Below are positions 1 through 10,022 of a DNA stretch of 28,863 nt, piece by piece. The DNA lies in assembly GCA_048268245.1 (NCBI GenBank), contig JBLWVX010000033.1:1-28863 (forward strand), read 5' to 3'. A program made the translations under genes and the position numbers. The notes under the pieces were generated by a model. It was given only the letters and a program-made list of their open reading frames with translations, did not search any database and was not told the origin of the DNA. The number at the start of each line of letters is the position of its first letter. The stretch's first letter is position 1. Source of the stretch: Arcobacteraceae bacterium (GTDB taxonomy: Bacteria > Campylobacterota > Campylobacteria > Campylobacterales > Arcobacteraceae).

Positions 1-29
1 TGTTGTCGTTCCTCTGAAATTGGATGGGA

Positions 30-58
30 ATTATAGACAAATATTTCCCCCTTGTCAA
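30..58 (-). promoter_or_regulatory. Perfect sigma70 promoter (TTGACA-17 bp-TATAAT) pointing out of the left edge; probable stable-RNA (rrn) promoter
   Basis: The minus strand reads TTGACA (58-53), a 17-nt spacer, TATAAT (35-30), then C-rich TCCCATCC. The upstream region is AT-rich. No SD or ATG in the remaining ~29 nt. Confidence 0.75.
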
Positions 59-298
59 GGACTTTTTCTAAAATAAAGCTTAAATTTCTGAATTTGTCGG
101 TTTTTCTCCTATTTATTTATATTTTACTAGTTTTACTTAGTATTTATTTAACTTTTTTTCTTTTTTAATATATTTTATTAATTTTCTATTTACTTTTTTA
201 TCATAATATATAACTAATTTAATATTAATGTAAATATTAAAGATGTAATTAAACAGTAAGATACTAGAATTACACAAAAAAATATAAAGGATAAAAAC

Positions 299-997
299 AT
301 GTATAATAGAGATTATCTTTCTAATGAAACATCTCAATATACACAGGAATCATCAAAAGCTGAGTTAATGAGTTTCCTAAAGGCAACTTATCAGTTATTT
401 GCTGGATCATTATTAGCAGCAACTGCTGGTGCATATATTGGTTTAGAAATAGTTGGTATACTAGCTGGACCTGTTAAGTGGGTATTATTTGCTGTTGAAT
501 TAGCATTAATATTCTTTGTAATACCAAGAGTTAAGCATACACCAGGTGTTAACTTAGCTGTATTGTTCTTATTTACATTTATTACAGGTTTAACAATTGC
601 TCCATTACTTGCAGCAATTTTTGCAATGCCTAGTGGTGCTTCTATTGTAGGTCAAGCATTTTTAATGACTTCTGTTGCATTCGGTGGTATTTCTATGTTC
701 GCAATGACTACTAAAAGAGATTTCTCATCTATGGGTAAATTTTTATTCATTGCTTTAATCATTATGATTGTTGGAGGTATTTCTAATATTTTTATTCAAT
801 CATCTATGTTCCAATTAGTGATTGCTAGTGCTGGTGCTTTATTATTCTCTGCATTCATTTTATATGATACTCAGAATATTATCAAAGGTCATTATGATTC
901 ACCTATTGAAGCTGCATTGTCTTTATACTTAGATTTCTTTAATCTATTTATATCACTATTACAAATTCTTGGAATTATGAATAGCAATGATAATTAA
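299..997 (+). CDS. Bax inhibitor-1/YccA family membrane protein
   Basis: 232 aa with about 7 hydrophobic helices; C-terminal 'ILYDTQNII...AALSLYLDFFNLFISLLQILG' BI-1 signature; AAGGA RBS. Confidence 0.92.
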   Translation: MYNRDYLSNETSQYTQESSKAELMSFLKATYQLFAGSLLAATAGAYIGLEIVGILAGPVKWVLFAVELALIFFVIPRVKHTPGVNLAVLFLFTFITGLTIAPLLAAIFAMPSGASIVGQAFLMTSVAFGGISMFAMTTKRDFSSMGKFLFIALIIMIVGGISNIFIQSSMFQLVIASAGALLFSAFILYDTQNIIKGHYDSPIEAALSLYLDFFNLFISLLQILGIMNSNDN

Positions 998-998
998 T

Positions 999-1024
999 AA
1001 CTAACTCCTTTTGGAGTTAGTTTT
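999..1024 (+). terminator. Intrinsic terminator after the BI-1/YccA gene
   Basis: AACTAACTCC-TTTT-GGAGTTAGTT hairpin running into a short T tract directly after the stop codon. Confidence 0.75.
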
Positions 1025-1048
1025 CATTGACTATTTATATATAATAAT

Positions 1049-1453
1049 ATGAATTCAAATAATTTGCGATTAATTGATGCTAATTTAAATAGACTACGTG
1101 AAGGTATTCGTGTAGTTGAAGATATATTTAGATATCTATATAATGACAAAAATACTGCTATAAAACTTAAAACATTAAGACATCTTGCCCGAACTAACAA
1201 TTATACAGAATTATTAGAAACAAGAGATGTTGAAAATGATGTACTTAGATCTTCTATTAAAAGTGAACAAAATAGAGATGATTTATATTCAATACTTATA
1301 GCTAATTTTAAAAGAGCACAAGAGAGTTCTCGTGTCCTTGAAGAATTTACTAAACTTACATCTATAGAAGATAGTGAAAATTTTAAATATATAAGATATG
1401 AACTTTACAGTTTAGAAACTGTCTTAACAAAAATCACTTCAAACTCTAAGTAA
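1049..1453 (+). CDS. Stand-alone ThiD2-like domain protein (N-terminal domain of long thiamine-phosphate synthases; often annotated thiamine-phosphate pyrophosphorylase)
   Basis: Motifs 'RLIDANLNRLREGIRVVEDIFRY' and 'ANFKRAQESSRVLEEF...FKYIRYELYSLE'. Confidence 0.8.
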   Translation: MNSNNLRLIDANLNRLREGIRVVEDIFRYLYNDKNTAIKLKTLRHLARTNNYTELLETRDVENDVLRSSIKSEQNRDDLYSILIANFKRAQESSRVLEEFTKLTSIEDSENFKYIRYELYSLETVLTKITSNSK

Positions 1454-2100
1454 TCTAATTTATACTCTTTGTAAAGTTTTTTTGCTGTTTTAAAATCCAT
1501 AGTAGAATTTCCTCCACTAACCCCTGATTTTTTTATATAATCAAATAAATCTTTTTTATTATCAAACTCTAATTTATACATAATTGTTTCAAATTCACAT
1601 TCAAAATATTTATTAAAAGCTTTTTTAATTGAATTTTCATCTAATATTGGAGATTTTGTACCTGCAATTTCTTGAATTGATTTAAAAGTATTTGAAGTAA
1701 ATAATACTGCATTTATTTCATTTGTAATATAAGATAAATGTTTTACAATTTTAGATAAGTCTTTTGACCATTGAAGAGCAGATGAAGATAATACTAAATC
1801 ATAATTATCATCTTTTATCTCATCTAAAAACTCTGGAGTATCAAAATCATAACACTTTACTTCGACATTATGAGCCTTTGGATGAAGTTTACACATTGAT
1901 TCTGAAAAATCGATTGCTTTATAAAAATCTACATCCCATGTTATTTGTGAATAAACTTGACCTGAACCACAACCTAATTCTAGTATTTTTTTAGGTTTTG
2001 TTTTAAGTTCTCTTATTAGTGATTTCGCACAGATTTGTTGAATGATATTGTGAGATTGATACTCTTTTGCGTATTTGGAAAATTCATTTTTAATTGACAT
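1405..2100 (-). CDS. bioC: SAM-dependent methyltransferase, BioC-like malonyl-ACP O-methyltransferase
   Basis: N-terminal 'FSKYAKEYQSHNIIQ', SAM motif 'ILELGCGSG', 'DLVLSSSALQW', 'IKKSGVSG'. Start moved to ATG 2100 (see leaderless finding). The 3' end overlaps the convergent ThiD2 gene by 49 nt. Confidence 0.75.
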   Translation of the reverse strand: MSIKNEFSKYAKEYQSHNIIQQICAKSLIRELKTKPKKILELGCGSGQVYSQITWDVDFYKAIDFSESMCKLHPKAHNVEVKCYDFDTPEFLDEIKDDNYDLVLSSSALQWSKDLSKIVKHLSYITNEINAVLFTSNTFKSIQEIAGTKSPILDENSIKKAFNKYFECEFETIMYKLEFDNKKDLFDYIKKSGVSGGNSTMDFKTAKKLYKEYKLDYLEFEVIFVKTVSKL

Positions 2101-2172
2101 AAGAGTCATTTTAACTAGTATTTAATAAATTTTAGATAAAATATACCCCATTTTTCAAAAAGGAAATAGATT

Positions 2173-2523
2173 ATGACATCTACACTTCTAATAGTTCAGT
2201 TTGTTTTAGCAATTTTAATCACAATTGTAATTTTACTTCAAAAAAGTTCAAGTATTGGTCTTGGAGCTTACAGTGGAAGTAATGAATCATTATTTGGAGC
2301 TAAAGGACCTGGTAATTTCCTATCAAAAGCTACAATGGCTTTAGGTCTAGCATTTGTAATTAATACAGTAGTTCTAGGTTACCTATATAATGAACAAAGA
2401 AATCAAAGTGCGATTGACTCAGTTAAAACTGATACATTAATCCCTTCGACACCAATTGAAAAGACTGAACAAGCTGCACCAGCGGCACCAGGTTCTGCAC
2501 CAGTAGTTCCTTCAAACAACTAA
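2173..2523 (+). CDS. secG: Preprotein translocase subunit SecG
   Basis: 'ILLQKSSSIGLGAYSGSNESLFGAKGP' is the Campylobacterota SecG signature; two TM helices. Confidence 0.95.
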   Translation: MTSTLLIVQFVLAILITIVILLQKSSSIGLGAYSGSNESLFGAKGPGNFLSKATMALGLAFVINTVVLGYLYNEQRNQSAIDSVKTDTLIPSTPIEKTEQAAPAAPGSAPVVPSNN

Positions 2524-2542
2524 TACAAAGAACAGTAGAATT

Positions 2543-3484
2543 ATGAAGTATCTACTACTTCTTTGTATTTCTTATTTTTATCTTAGTGCAAATGCACATG
2601 TATTTGTTTATCACAGATTTGGAGATGATAGACATCAAAGTACAAATACTACACTAAAAGAGTTAGAAAAAGAGTTTCAATACTTTAAAGATCATGGGTA
2701 CAAAGTCGTACCTATGATGGATATTGTAAATAAACTTAAAAACCATCAAGAAGTTCCTGATAACTGGGTAGCTTTTAATATTGATGATTCATATAAAAGC
2801 TTTTATGAAAATGGATTACCTCTTTTTAAAAAGTACAACTATCCTTTTACTCTTTTTGTTTATGTTGAGGCAACACAAAAAAACTACAGTGACTTTATGA
2901 ATTGGGAGCAAATAAAAAATGCCTCTAAATATGGAGAAATTGCTTTACATTCATATGCCCATAAACATCTTACAAAACAAAGTAGTAAAGATATTTATGA
3001 AGATACAAAACTATCTTATGAAATCTTTGAAGAAAAAATGGGATTTAAACCAAAAGGTTATGTATATCCATATGGAGAGTATGACCAAAAAGTAAAAGAT
3101 GTAATCAAACAATTTGATTTTGAATATATAGCAAATCAAAGTTCTGGTAGTGTAAATAAAAAAAGTGATAGGTTTGATATAAATAGAGTAGCTTTAGTAG
3201 GAGAAGTAAATCTAAAAGAGAAGCTTAGATATAAAACTTTAGAAGCTACATGGATTGAACCCATAGAGACTCCAAAAGATGGAATATTAAAAAAAGTAAA
3301 AGTAAAAGTTAACCCTAATATAAAAAACATAAAATTATATCTTTCTGGCTATGGTTGGCAGGATATAAAAGTAAAAAATGGTATAATAGACGTCATTTTA
3401 AATAAGAAGCTAAAGTTTTCTCGTAATAGAGTTGCCATTAGCCCTAACTACTATACAATTTCAAGTAAATTACTAATTAAATAA
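2543..3484 (+). CDS. Exported polysaccharide deacetylase family protein
   Basis: Signal peptide; NodB/PgaB-like motifs 'VYHRF', 'FNIDD', 'HSYAH', 'YPYGEY'. Confidence 0.88.
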   Translation: MKYLLLLCISYFYLSANAHVFVYHRFGDDRHQSTNTTLKELEKEFQYFKDHGYKVVPMMDIVNKLKNHQEVPDNWVAFNIDDSYKSFYENGLPLFKKYNYPFTLFVYVEATQKNYSDFMNWEQIKNASKYGEIALHSYAHKHLTKQSSKDIYEDTKLSYEIFEEKMGFKPKGYVYPYGEYDQKVKDVIKQFDFEYIANQSSGSVNKKSDRFDINRVALVGEVNLKEKLRYKTLEATWIEPIETPKDGILKKVKVKVNPNIKNIKLYLSGYGWQDIKVKNGIIDVILNKKLKFSRNRVAISPNYYTISSKLLIK

Positions 3485-3494
3485 AGGAGACTAA

Positions 3495-4052
3495 ATGTTA
3501 GAAGAGATTTATGCTGAAACAACTGAGCATATGGAAAAGTCAATTGAGGCTTTAAAAAGAGATTACAAAACATTAAGAACAGGAAAAGTAAATACTGCTA
3601 TTTTAGATGGTATTTCAATTGATTATTATGGAACACCAACTCCATTAAACCAAGTTGGTTCAGTAACTGCAACAGATGCAACTACTATTGTTATTAACCC
3701 ATGGGAAAAGAATCTTTTAAGTGATGTTGAAAAAGCTATTCAAAATGCTAACATCGGTGTAAATCCAAATAATGATGGTGATGTAATCAAATTATTCTTC
3801 CCTCCTATGACTGTTGAGCAAAGACAAGAGACTGCTAAACAAGCTAAAGGTATGACTGATAATGCAAAAGTTGCTATTAGAAATATTAGAAAGCACTCTA
3901 ATGATAAAGTAAAAGTTTTACATAAAGATAAAGAGATTACTGATGATGAGAGCAAAAAAGCTCAAGATGAAATCCAAAAAATTACTGATTCTTTCGTAGT
4001 TAAAGCAGATGATACTTTAAAAGCAAAAGAACAAGAAATCTTAACGGTATAA
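3495..4052 (+). CDS. frr: Ribosome recycling factor
   Basis: 'LRTGKVN', '[12 protein letters not shown]', 'NPNNDG', 'KVAIRNIR', 'KEQEILTV'; AAGGAG RBS. Confidence 0.98.
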   Translation: MLEEIYAETTEHMEKSIEALKRDYKTLRTGKVNTAILDGISIDYYGTPTPLNQVGSVTATDATTIVINPWEKNLLSDVEKAIQNANIGVNPNNDGDVIKLFFPPMTVEQRQETAKQAKGMTDNAKVAIRNIRKHSNDKVKVLHKDKEITDDESKKAQDEIQKITDSFVVKADDTLKAKEQEILTV

Positions 4053-4056
4053 TTTA

Positions 4057-4656
4057 ATGAACGTAGAACAAATTTATAAAGATGCTGACGCATTATTAGA
4101 AGGTCATTTCAAATTAAGTAGTGGTAACTACTCTAATTTCTATTTACAATCTGCAAAAGTTTTAGAAGATCCTAAAACTGCTAAACTTTTAGCTGAAGCT
4201 TTAGCTGAACAAATTAAAGCTGCTGGTATAAAAGTTGATGCTGTTTGTTCACCTGCACTTGGTGGATTAATTGCAGGATTTGCACTTGCAACTGCTTTAG
4301 ATGTAAGATTTATCTTCGCTGAAAGAGTTGATGGTGAAATGACTATTAGAAGAGGTTTTGAAGTACAAGAGGGTGAAAACTATATCATTTGTGAAGATAT
4401 TATTACAACTGGTGGTTCTGCTCTTGAAGCTGCAAAACAAGTAGAAAATGCTGGTGGAAATATCACTGCATATGCTGCTTTAGCAAATAGAGGATTCTGT
4501 AGTAGAGAAGGTAGTGATTTAAAAGCCCAAGATAATTGTAAATTACCTTTAGATAAACCACTTTTTGCACTTGATGACTTTACATTTAAAATGTATACTC
4601 CTGATGAGTGTGATTTCAAAGATATTGCTTATAAACCAGGTAGTAGAGGTAACTAA
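4057..4656 (+). CDS. pyrE: Orotate phosphoribosyltransferase
   Basis: '[11 protein letters not shown]', PRPP-binding '[11 protein letters not shown]', C-terminal 'KPGSRGN'; follows frr as in other Campylobacterota. Confidence 0.96.
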   Translation: MNVEQIYKDADALLEGHFKLSSGNYSNFYLQSAKVLEDPKTAKLLAEALAEQIKAAGIKVDAVCSPALGGLIAGFALATALDVRFIFAERVDGEMTIRRGFEVQEGENYIICEDIITTGGSALEAAKQVENAGGNITAYAALANRGFCSREGSDLKAQDNCKLPLDKPLFALDDFTFKMYTPDECDFKDIAYKPGSRGN

Positions 4657-5135
4657 TGGCTAAATGGAGAGATGTAAAACAAAATAAAGTTAAACAAAAG
4701 AATAACTTTATTAATAATCAAGAAAAGATAAATACTTCTTCTTGTGCATCTCTTAGCTTGCGACTAAAAGCCTTTTTAACAGACTCATTTTTAATTACCA
4801 CTCCTATTACTTATATTGTAATGTATTTAATTTTAGGTGGTGGAGATGAGTTTGCTAATAATAGAGCTTTTGGATGGACTTTGATTTTAGGTGTTAGTGC
4901 AATTATAATCACATTTTTTTGGTATGTGAAATTTCAAACACCTGGAATGAAAGCCTATGGTGTCAAAATAGTAAATGAAAATAAGCAAAGAATAACTTTT
5001 ATTCAAGCTGTTATTCGATATTTGGCAACACTAATTTCAATGGTATCTATATTTTTAATGTTTATGCCATTCTTTCACAAAGAAAAGAAAACCTTCCAAG
5101 ACTTAATCTCTAAGACTATTATCATTGACGAATAA
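4656..5135 (+). CDS. RDD family membrane protein
   Basis: 'RLKAFLTD', 'QTPGMKAYGVKIV', 'TFQDLISKT'; coupled to pyrE by a TAATG stop/start overlap. Confidence 0.88.
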   Translation: MAKWRDVKQNKVKQKNNFINNQEKINTSSCASLSLRLKAFLTDSFLITTPITYIVMYLILGGGDEFANNRAFGWTLILGVSAIIITFFWYVKFQTPGMKAYGVKIVNENKQRITFIQAVIRYLATLISMVSIFLMFMPFFHKEKKTFQDLISKTIIIDE

Positions 5136-6222
5136 AGTTCAGTTTTTTAACCTTTCTGCATTCTATTTCTTTTACTTTGCAGCTGTTGGAGTTTATATAA
5201 TATTCCTTCCAAAAGTTCTACATGATATAGGTTATAGTGCTTTTGAAATAGGTATAATTTTTGCCTTAGCTCCTTTGATGAGATTTGCTACTCCTTTTTT
5301 ATTTTTAAAACATATTAAACTTGATCAGAAAGTTTTTAAAACTGCATTGTTTATGTCTATTGCTAGTTCATCAATGTTTTATTTTACATTGGAAAACTTT
5401 TATGCGTTTATGATTAATAATGCAATTCTAGGAGTGTGTTTATCCTTAATACTTCCATTTTTAGAAGTATCAGCAGTAAAACATCTAGGCAAAGAAAAGT
5501 ATGGTAAATCAAGACTATTTGGGTCTATTGGTTTTATGATTATATCACTTGTTTTAGCTAAGTTTTTAACTCAACCACATATTGCCCTTCACTATTATTT
5601 AGCAACAAATATCTTAACTGTAATCTTTGCTTTATTACTTATGAGAAGTGATGTTGAACATAAAGCACAAAAAATTAGTGAAGAGTTCTCATTTTTAAAA
5701 TATTGGCCTTTTTGGTTAAGTCTGTTTTTCATGCAAATGAGTTTTGGAGGTTTTTATAACTTCTTTACAATTTATGAAACAGAACATGGAATAAGTTTAG
5801 AAATGGCATCATACCTTTGGTCTTTTGGTGTTATTTGTGAAATACTAATGCTTTATTTTCAAGCTCCACTGTTAAAAAACAACCTTCTTAGTATCATAAA
5901 GTTTTGTGTTGCAATTACTGTTGTTAGATGGTTAATGATTTATTCATATCCTGATTCATTAACTATAACTTTTATTTCTCAAAGTATTCATGCTTTCTCA
6001 TTTGGTCTTTACCATAGTGCTGTAATTATTTATCTTTATTCTCTTTATGAAGACAAAAAACTAGCGCAACAGTTTATGTATGGAGTAGCATATGGACTTG
6101 GAGGATTTATAGGAGCAATTATTGCAGGATGGGTATATGGTGAATATTTATTTGTCTTTAGTGCCTTCTTTGCACTTATATCTTTTGGAAGTTTATTTGC
6201 AATAAAAAAGAGAACTAATTAG
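5125..6222 (+). CDS. MFS transporter (MFS_1-like, HcaT-type)
   Basis: About 12 TM helices; 'YFFYFAAVG', 'YGKSRLFGSIGF', 'QSIHAFSFGLYH'. Confidence 0.88.
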   Translation: MTNKVQFFNLSAFYFFYFAAVGVYIIFLPKVLHDIGYSAFEIGIIFALAPLMRFATPFLFLKHIKLDQKVFKTALFMSIASSSMFYFTLENFYAFMINNAILGVCLSLILPFLEVSAVKHLGKEKYGKSRLFGSIGFMIISLVLAKFLTQPHIALHYYLATNILTVIFALLLMRSDVEHKAQKISEEFSFLKYWPFWLSLFFMQMSFGGFYNFFTIYETEHGISLEMASYLWSFGVICEILMLYFQAPLLKNNLLSIIKFCVAITVVRWLMIYSYPDSLTITFISQSIHAFSFGLYHSAVIIYLYSLYEDKKLAQQFMYGVAYGLGGFIGAIIAGWVYGEYLFVFSAFFALISFGSLFAIKKRTN

Positions 6223-6234
6223 CTCTTTTTTATT
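6201..6234. terminator. Bidirectional terminator between the convergent MFS and response regulator genes
   Basis: AATAAAAAAGAG (6201-6212) and CTCTTTTTTATT (6223-6234) form a perfect 12-bp inverted repeat with A and T tracts. Confidence 0.7.
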
Positions 6235-7489
6235 AAAATGCGTCACTTAACTCTTTTTCTTTAAAACTTATTACATCTTTTAAGTCTTCAATATACTTAT
6301 TCTTTTGAGCAACTCTTTGTTCTAAATCAATTATTACTTTTTTCTTTATTTCTAGTTCTTTTTTTAAAGCTTTATTCTCTTCTTCTAGTTTAGCATTTTC
6401 ATTTTTTAGATTTATTGCAATAATTGAAGCTTTTTTAACTTTACTATTTGCTGTAGTTGTGATATTTGAGTTTTTATCTTTTAAATTTTTAAGTTCATCT
6501 TCATAGTAGTTTAATTGTTTATTTTGAGAGTCACACTTTTGTTTTAAATCAAATATATCCTTATTTAAAGAACTTAAATCTATATTTACATAAGTTGTTA
6601 GCTGTTCTTCTAAAAGCTTTATTCTTTTTTGACTACTTAAGTGTTGCTTTTTTGTTTCTTGTATATTTTTAAGAACTTTCTTTTTAAACTCTCTTTTTTC
6701 TAACTCATCATTTGTAGTTAAGAATCTAATTCCCACATACTCTATAATTTCAACACCAAAGTCATCAAAAATAGGAATAATTGTAGCATTTACATAGTAA
6801 GCACTTCCATCTTTTGCTCTATTTTTAATTTTTCCTTGCCAAGTCTTACCATTTTTTATTGTTTTCCATAAATCTTCAAAAGCAGCCTTTGGCATATCAG
6901 GATGCCTTACTATATTATGAGGTTTTCCATATAGCTCATCTATTGAATATTGAGCTATTTTACAAAAAATCTCATTTGCGAATTTTATTTTTCCCTTAGT
7001 ATCTGTTTTTGATACTATTGCAACATTATCAATTGCATTTAAGTATTTTTCTAATTCTTTTTTTTGTCTAATAATTGTATCTTGTTGATGAAAGGAGTGA
7101 GAAGCTTTATAAATTTTATCTGTTAAACTTCTAATATCTATTGGCTTTAAAATATATTCTGTAGCATTATGTGTAATTGCTTCAAGCAAATATTTCTCTT
7201 CTGTAAAAGCTGTAGTAAAAATAAATGGCAAGTCTTCATTTTTTGCTCTAATTAGTTTTAGTAGTTCTATTCCATCAATTACAGGCATATTGATATCACT
7301 TATAATAACATCTACTCTTTGTTTTCTTTCAACTAAGCTATCATATATTTCAATAGCTTCTTTTCCATTTTTTGCAGTATGAAGTTCTTTAAAAAGACTT
7401 TTTATAGCTGCACTTGTATATTCTCTAACTGAAGTATCATCTTCTACGTAAATCACTGTCAATAACTTAAAAAAATCTACTCTTTTCAT
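6233..7489 (-). CDS. Response regulator: REC + PAS + long C-terminal coiled coil
   Basis: REC motifs 'YVEDD', 'ISDINMP', 'TTA', 'LKPID'; PAS 'VSKTDTKGKIKFANE...HNIVRHPDMP...WQGKIKNRAKDGSAYYV'; K/E-rich heptad tail. Confidence 0.88.
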   Translation of the reverse strand: MKRVDFFKLLTVIYVEDDTSVREYTSAAIKSLFKELHTAKNGKEAIEIYDSLVERKQRVDVIISDINMPVIDGIELLKLIRAKNEDLPFIFTTAFTEEKYLLEAITHNATEYILKPIDIRSLTDKIYKASHSFHQQDTIIRQKKELEKYLNAIDNVAIVSKTDTKGKIKFANEIFCKIAQYSIDELYGKPHNIVRHPDMPKAAFEDLWKTIKNGKTWQGKIKNRAKDGSAYYVNATIIPIFDDFGVEIIEYVGIRFLTTNDELEKREFKKKVLKNIQETKKQHLSSQKRIKLLEEQLTTYVNIDLSSLNKDIFDLKQKCDSQNKQLNYYEDELKNLKDKNSNITTTANSKVKKASIIAINLKNENAKLEEENKALKKELEIKKKVIIDLEQRVAQKNKYIEDLKDVISFKEKELSDAF

Positions 7490-7562
7490 TAGCTTCTCCT
7501 AATACATTAATTAATATTATCTAGAAAGAGTATTATAAAAGTATCAATTTATAATAAAAATT

Positions 7563-10019
7563 TTAATTTTTAATAGGAATATTTATTTCAAAGCAAGCAC
7601 CATTATAGCTTTTGCCCTCATATTCAGTTTGTGTATTATAACATTTGATTTCACCATTCATATGTTTTACTATTATTTCTCGTGACATATAAAGCCCTAT
7701 TCCAGTACCTTGAGACTTATGTTTAGTAGTAAAGTAAGGTTCAAAGATTCTATCAATAATCTCTTCATTTATTCCTCCACCATTATCAATAATTTTTATA
7801 TTTGCCATTGAATTATTTTGTTTTACTTCAATTAATAATATCTTATATTCTACTTTTTTATTCTCTAAAGCATCTTTTGTATTGTTAAAGATATTTAAGA
7901 AGACTTGAACTAATTCATTTTCTATTCCATATAAACTAATATTTTCAATATCTTTATGGATATTTATTTCTCTATTTTTAAATTTAGAACTAATTAAATT
8001 CAAACTTTTATCAAAAGTATTTATTATATTGAATAAAGATTTAGGTTTATCAGTTCTTAAAAAGTCCCTAAAGTCTTCAATCGTTTCTGATAAATACTGA
8101 GAAGATTCATTTATCTTTTCAAGTTCAAGTAACTCTTCACTTTCATCATAAATACCTAACTCTTTTTTAAACTTAATTCCTGTAGCAATAGTTGAAATAA
8201 CAGATAAAGGCTGTCTCCATTGATGAGCAATATTTTCTATCATCTCTCCCATTGCAGCCATTTTAGATTGTTGATGAAGTAATTGTTCTTGCTCTTTTAA
8301 TTTATCTTCTTGTTTTTTCTGACTGGTAGTATCAGAAAAAATTCCTATATAGTTTTTAACTTTTTCATTTTCATCATAAACTGCACTAATTGTAATATAT
8401 TCATTGAAAATCTCATTATTTTTCTTTCTATTAATTAAATCGCCTTCCCAAAATCCAAATTCATTTAGCTCTTGCCACATTTTTGTATAAAACTCTTTTG
8501 TGTGAATCCCAGATTGTAAAATAGTAGGAGTTTTCATATATGCATCTTCTATTGAAAAACCTGTTGATTTTTCAAAAGCGCTATTTACATTTATTATATT
8601 TGTATATTCATCTGTAATCATAATTCCATCATGAGCATTTTGGAATACAATATATGCTTGTTTTAGTTCTTCTTCCCTTTGCTTTCTTTGAGTAATATCT
8701 AAACCTAGGGCTACTAATTCTATTTCCCCATCAACATTTAAAGGTATCAAAGATAACTCAATAACTCTTTTTTCTTTATTTTTATTATTTATCAATATTT
8801 CTTCTTGAAATACTCCTGATTGTAAATCCGTATTTAATATGATTTGTTTTAAATACTCTTTTTGTTCTTCTTCCCAACAAGAAAATTCCCAAAACTTCTT
8901 ACCTAATGCTTCTTGTAAATCTTCTTGTAAATACTCTAAACCTTTATTATTTACTTGTGATAAGTCTGCATTACTTTTCATTATTGCTGCAAGGAAAATT
9001 GTTTGTTCAAACAGTGTTTGGAACTTTTTTTGTTCTTTTATTTGTTTTCTTTGGAATTTTAACTCTACTTCTTTTTCCAAATGATATTTATAAATTAAAG
9101 TAACCACTAAAATAGCTGAAATTAGAACAAGTGTTATTATTAGAATAGAGATATTTGATGTTTTTTCTTCCCAATCTTTTAAAGAGTCTTCTAAATCGAT
9201 TCTTATTGCAATATTTAAAGGGAAAACATCAGTAAGTTTATATGATGTTATATAATCTTTTGTATTAAAGCTTTCAATTCCCCATGATTGAGAACTATTT
9301 AGAGACTTATTATAAAGATTCCTTTTTTCTATTAAGCTACCAGGATTTATATTTTCATCTGAGGAGAATAATAAAAACCCATCTATTCTATATAAATCAA
9401 TATATGCAAAAGAGTTATCAAGATTTTCTATATATCTATTTATAAAATATTCACTATTTATATTTATTAAAATATAAAACTCTTTTTCTTCCAACTCAAA
9501 ATATTTAAGCACAGGAATAAAAGATAAATCATCTTTATCAATTTTATCCATATGAGTTATATTCGCTCCATCAATTAAATCTCTTCCTATCCATGGTAGT
9601 CCAAATCTTAGAACAGATTGATTAAATAAAGGTTTTGGATAGAAATCATTTATTTTTATATATAGTCCCTTGTTTAGTTCATTTGAACTATATATAACAT
9701 TTCTATTTGAGTCTAAAATATTAATTGACCTAACAAAAGGGTTGTTATATAAAATTTTATTAAAACTACTCTTTAAAGTAGAAAAATCTTCTTGTGTATT
9801 AATCACTGATACAAGATTTGAACTTAACAAATTAATATTATTAAAAGTTTGTGTCACTTGATCTGAAAGTGTATTTGCATGTAACTTTGCAATTTCTAAG
9901 TGCGTTTTTATTGCTTCATCTTTTAGTAAAGATAAAGAAGAAATAATAGTAGTAACTACTGTTACTACTATTATTAAAGTTAGAAATAGTGTTTTTCTTA
10001 AAGAAGTAGTTTTATTCAT
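7563..10019 (-). CDS. Membrane sensor histidine kinase (periplasmic Cache-like domain, two PAS, HisKA/HATPase)
   Basis: Two TM segments around a periplasmic region; PAS 'DGIMITD...VNSAFEKSTGF'; H-box 'ENIAHQWRQPL', N-box 'QVFLNIFNN', G-boxes 'DNGGGI' and 'GTGIGLY'. Confidence 0.93.
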   Translation of the reverse strand: MNKTTSLRKTLFLTLIIVVTVVTTIISSLSLLKDEAIKTHLEIAKLHANTLSDQVTQTFNNINLLSSNLVSVINTQEDFSTLKSSFNKILYNNPFVRSINILDSNRNVIYSSNELNKGLYIKINDFYPKPLFNQSVLRFGLPWIGRDLIDGANITHMDKIDKDDLSFIPVLKYFELEEKEFYILININSEYFINRYIENLDNSFAYIDLYRIDGFLLFSSDENINPGSLIEKRNLYNKSLNSSQSWGIESFNTKDYITSYKLTDVFPLNIAIRIDLEDSLKDWEEKTSNISILIITLVLISAILVVTLIYKYHLEKEVELKFQRKQIKEQKKFQTLFEQTIFLAAIMKSNADLSQVNNKGLEYLQEDLQEALGKKFWEFSCWEEEQKEYLKQIILNTDLQSGVFQEEILINNKNKEKRVIELSLIPLNVDGEIELVALGLDITQRKQREEELKQAYIVFQNAHDGIMITDEYTNIINVNSAFEKSTGFSIEDAYMKTPTILQSGIHTKEFYTKMWQELNEFGFWEGDLINRKKNNEIFNEYITISAVYDENEKVKNYIGIFSDTTSQKKQEDKLKEQEQLLHQQSKMAAMGEMIENIAHQWRQPLSVISTIATGIKFKKELGIYDESEELLELEKINESSQYLSETIEDFRDFLRTDKPKSLFNIINTFDKSLNLISSKFKNREINIHKDIENISLYGIENELVQVFLNIFNNTKDALENKKVEYKILLIEVKQNNSMANIKIIDNGGGINEEIIDRIFEPYFTTKHKSQGTGIGLYMSREIIVKHMNGEIKCYNTQTEYEGKSYNGACFEINIPIKN

Positions 10020-10022
10020 ATG

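Noticed and set aside
137..337. 66-aa minus-strand ORF
   Set aside because: Low-complexity I/K/Y/N translation of an AT-rich promoter region that overlaps the BI-1 start; no RBS.
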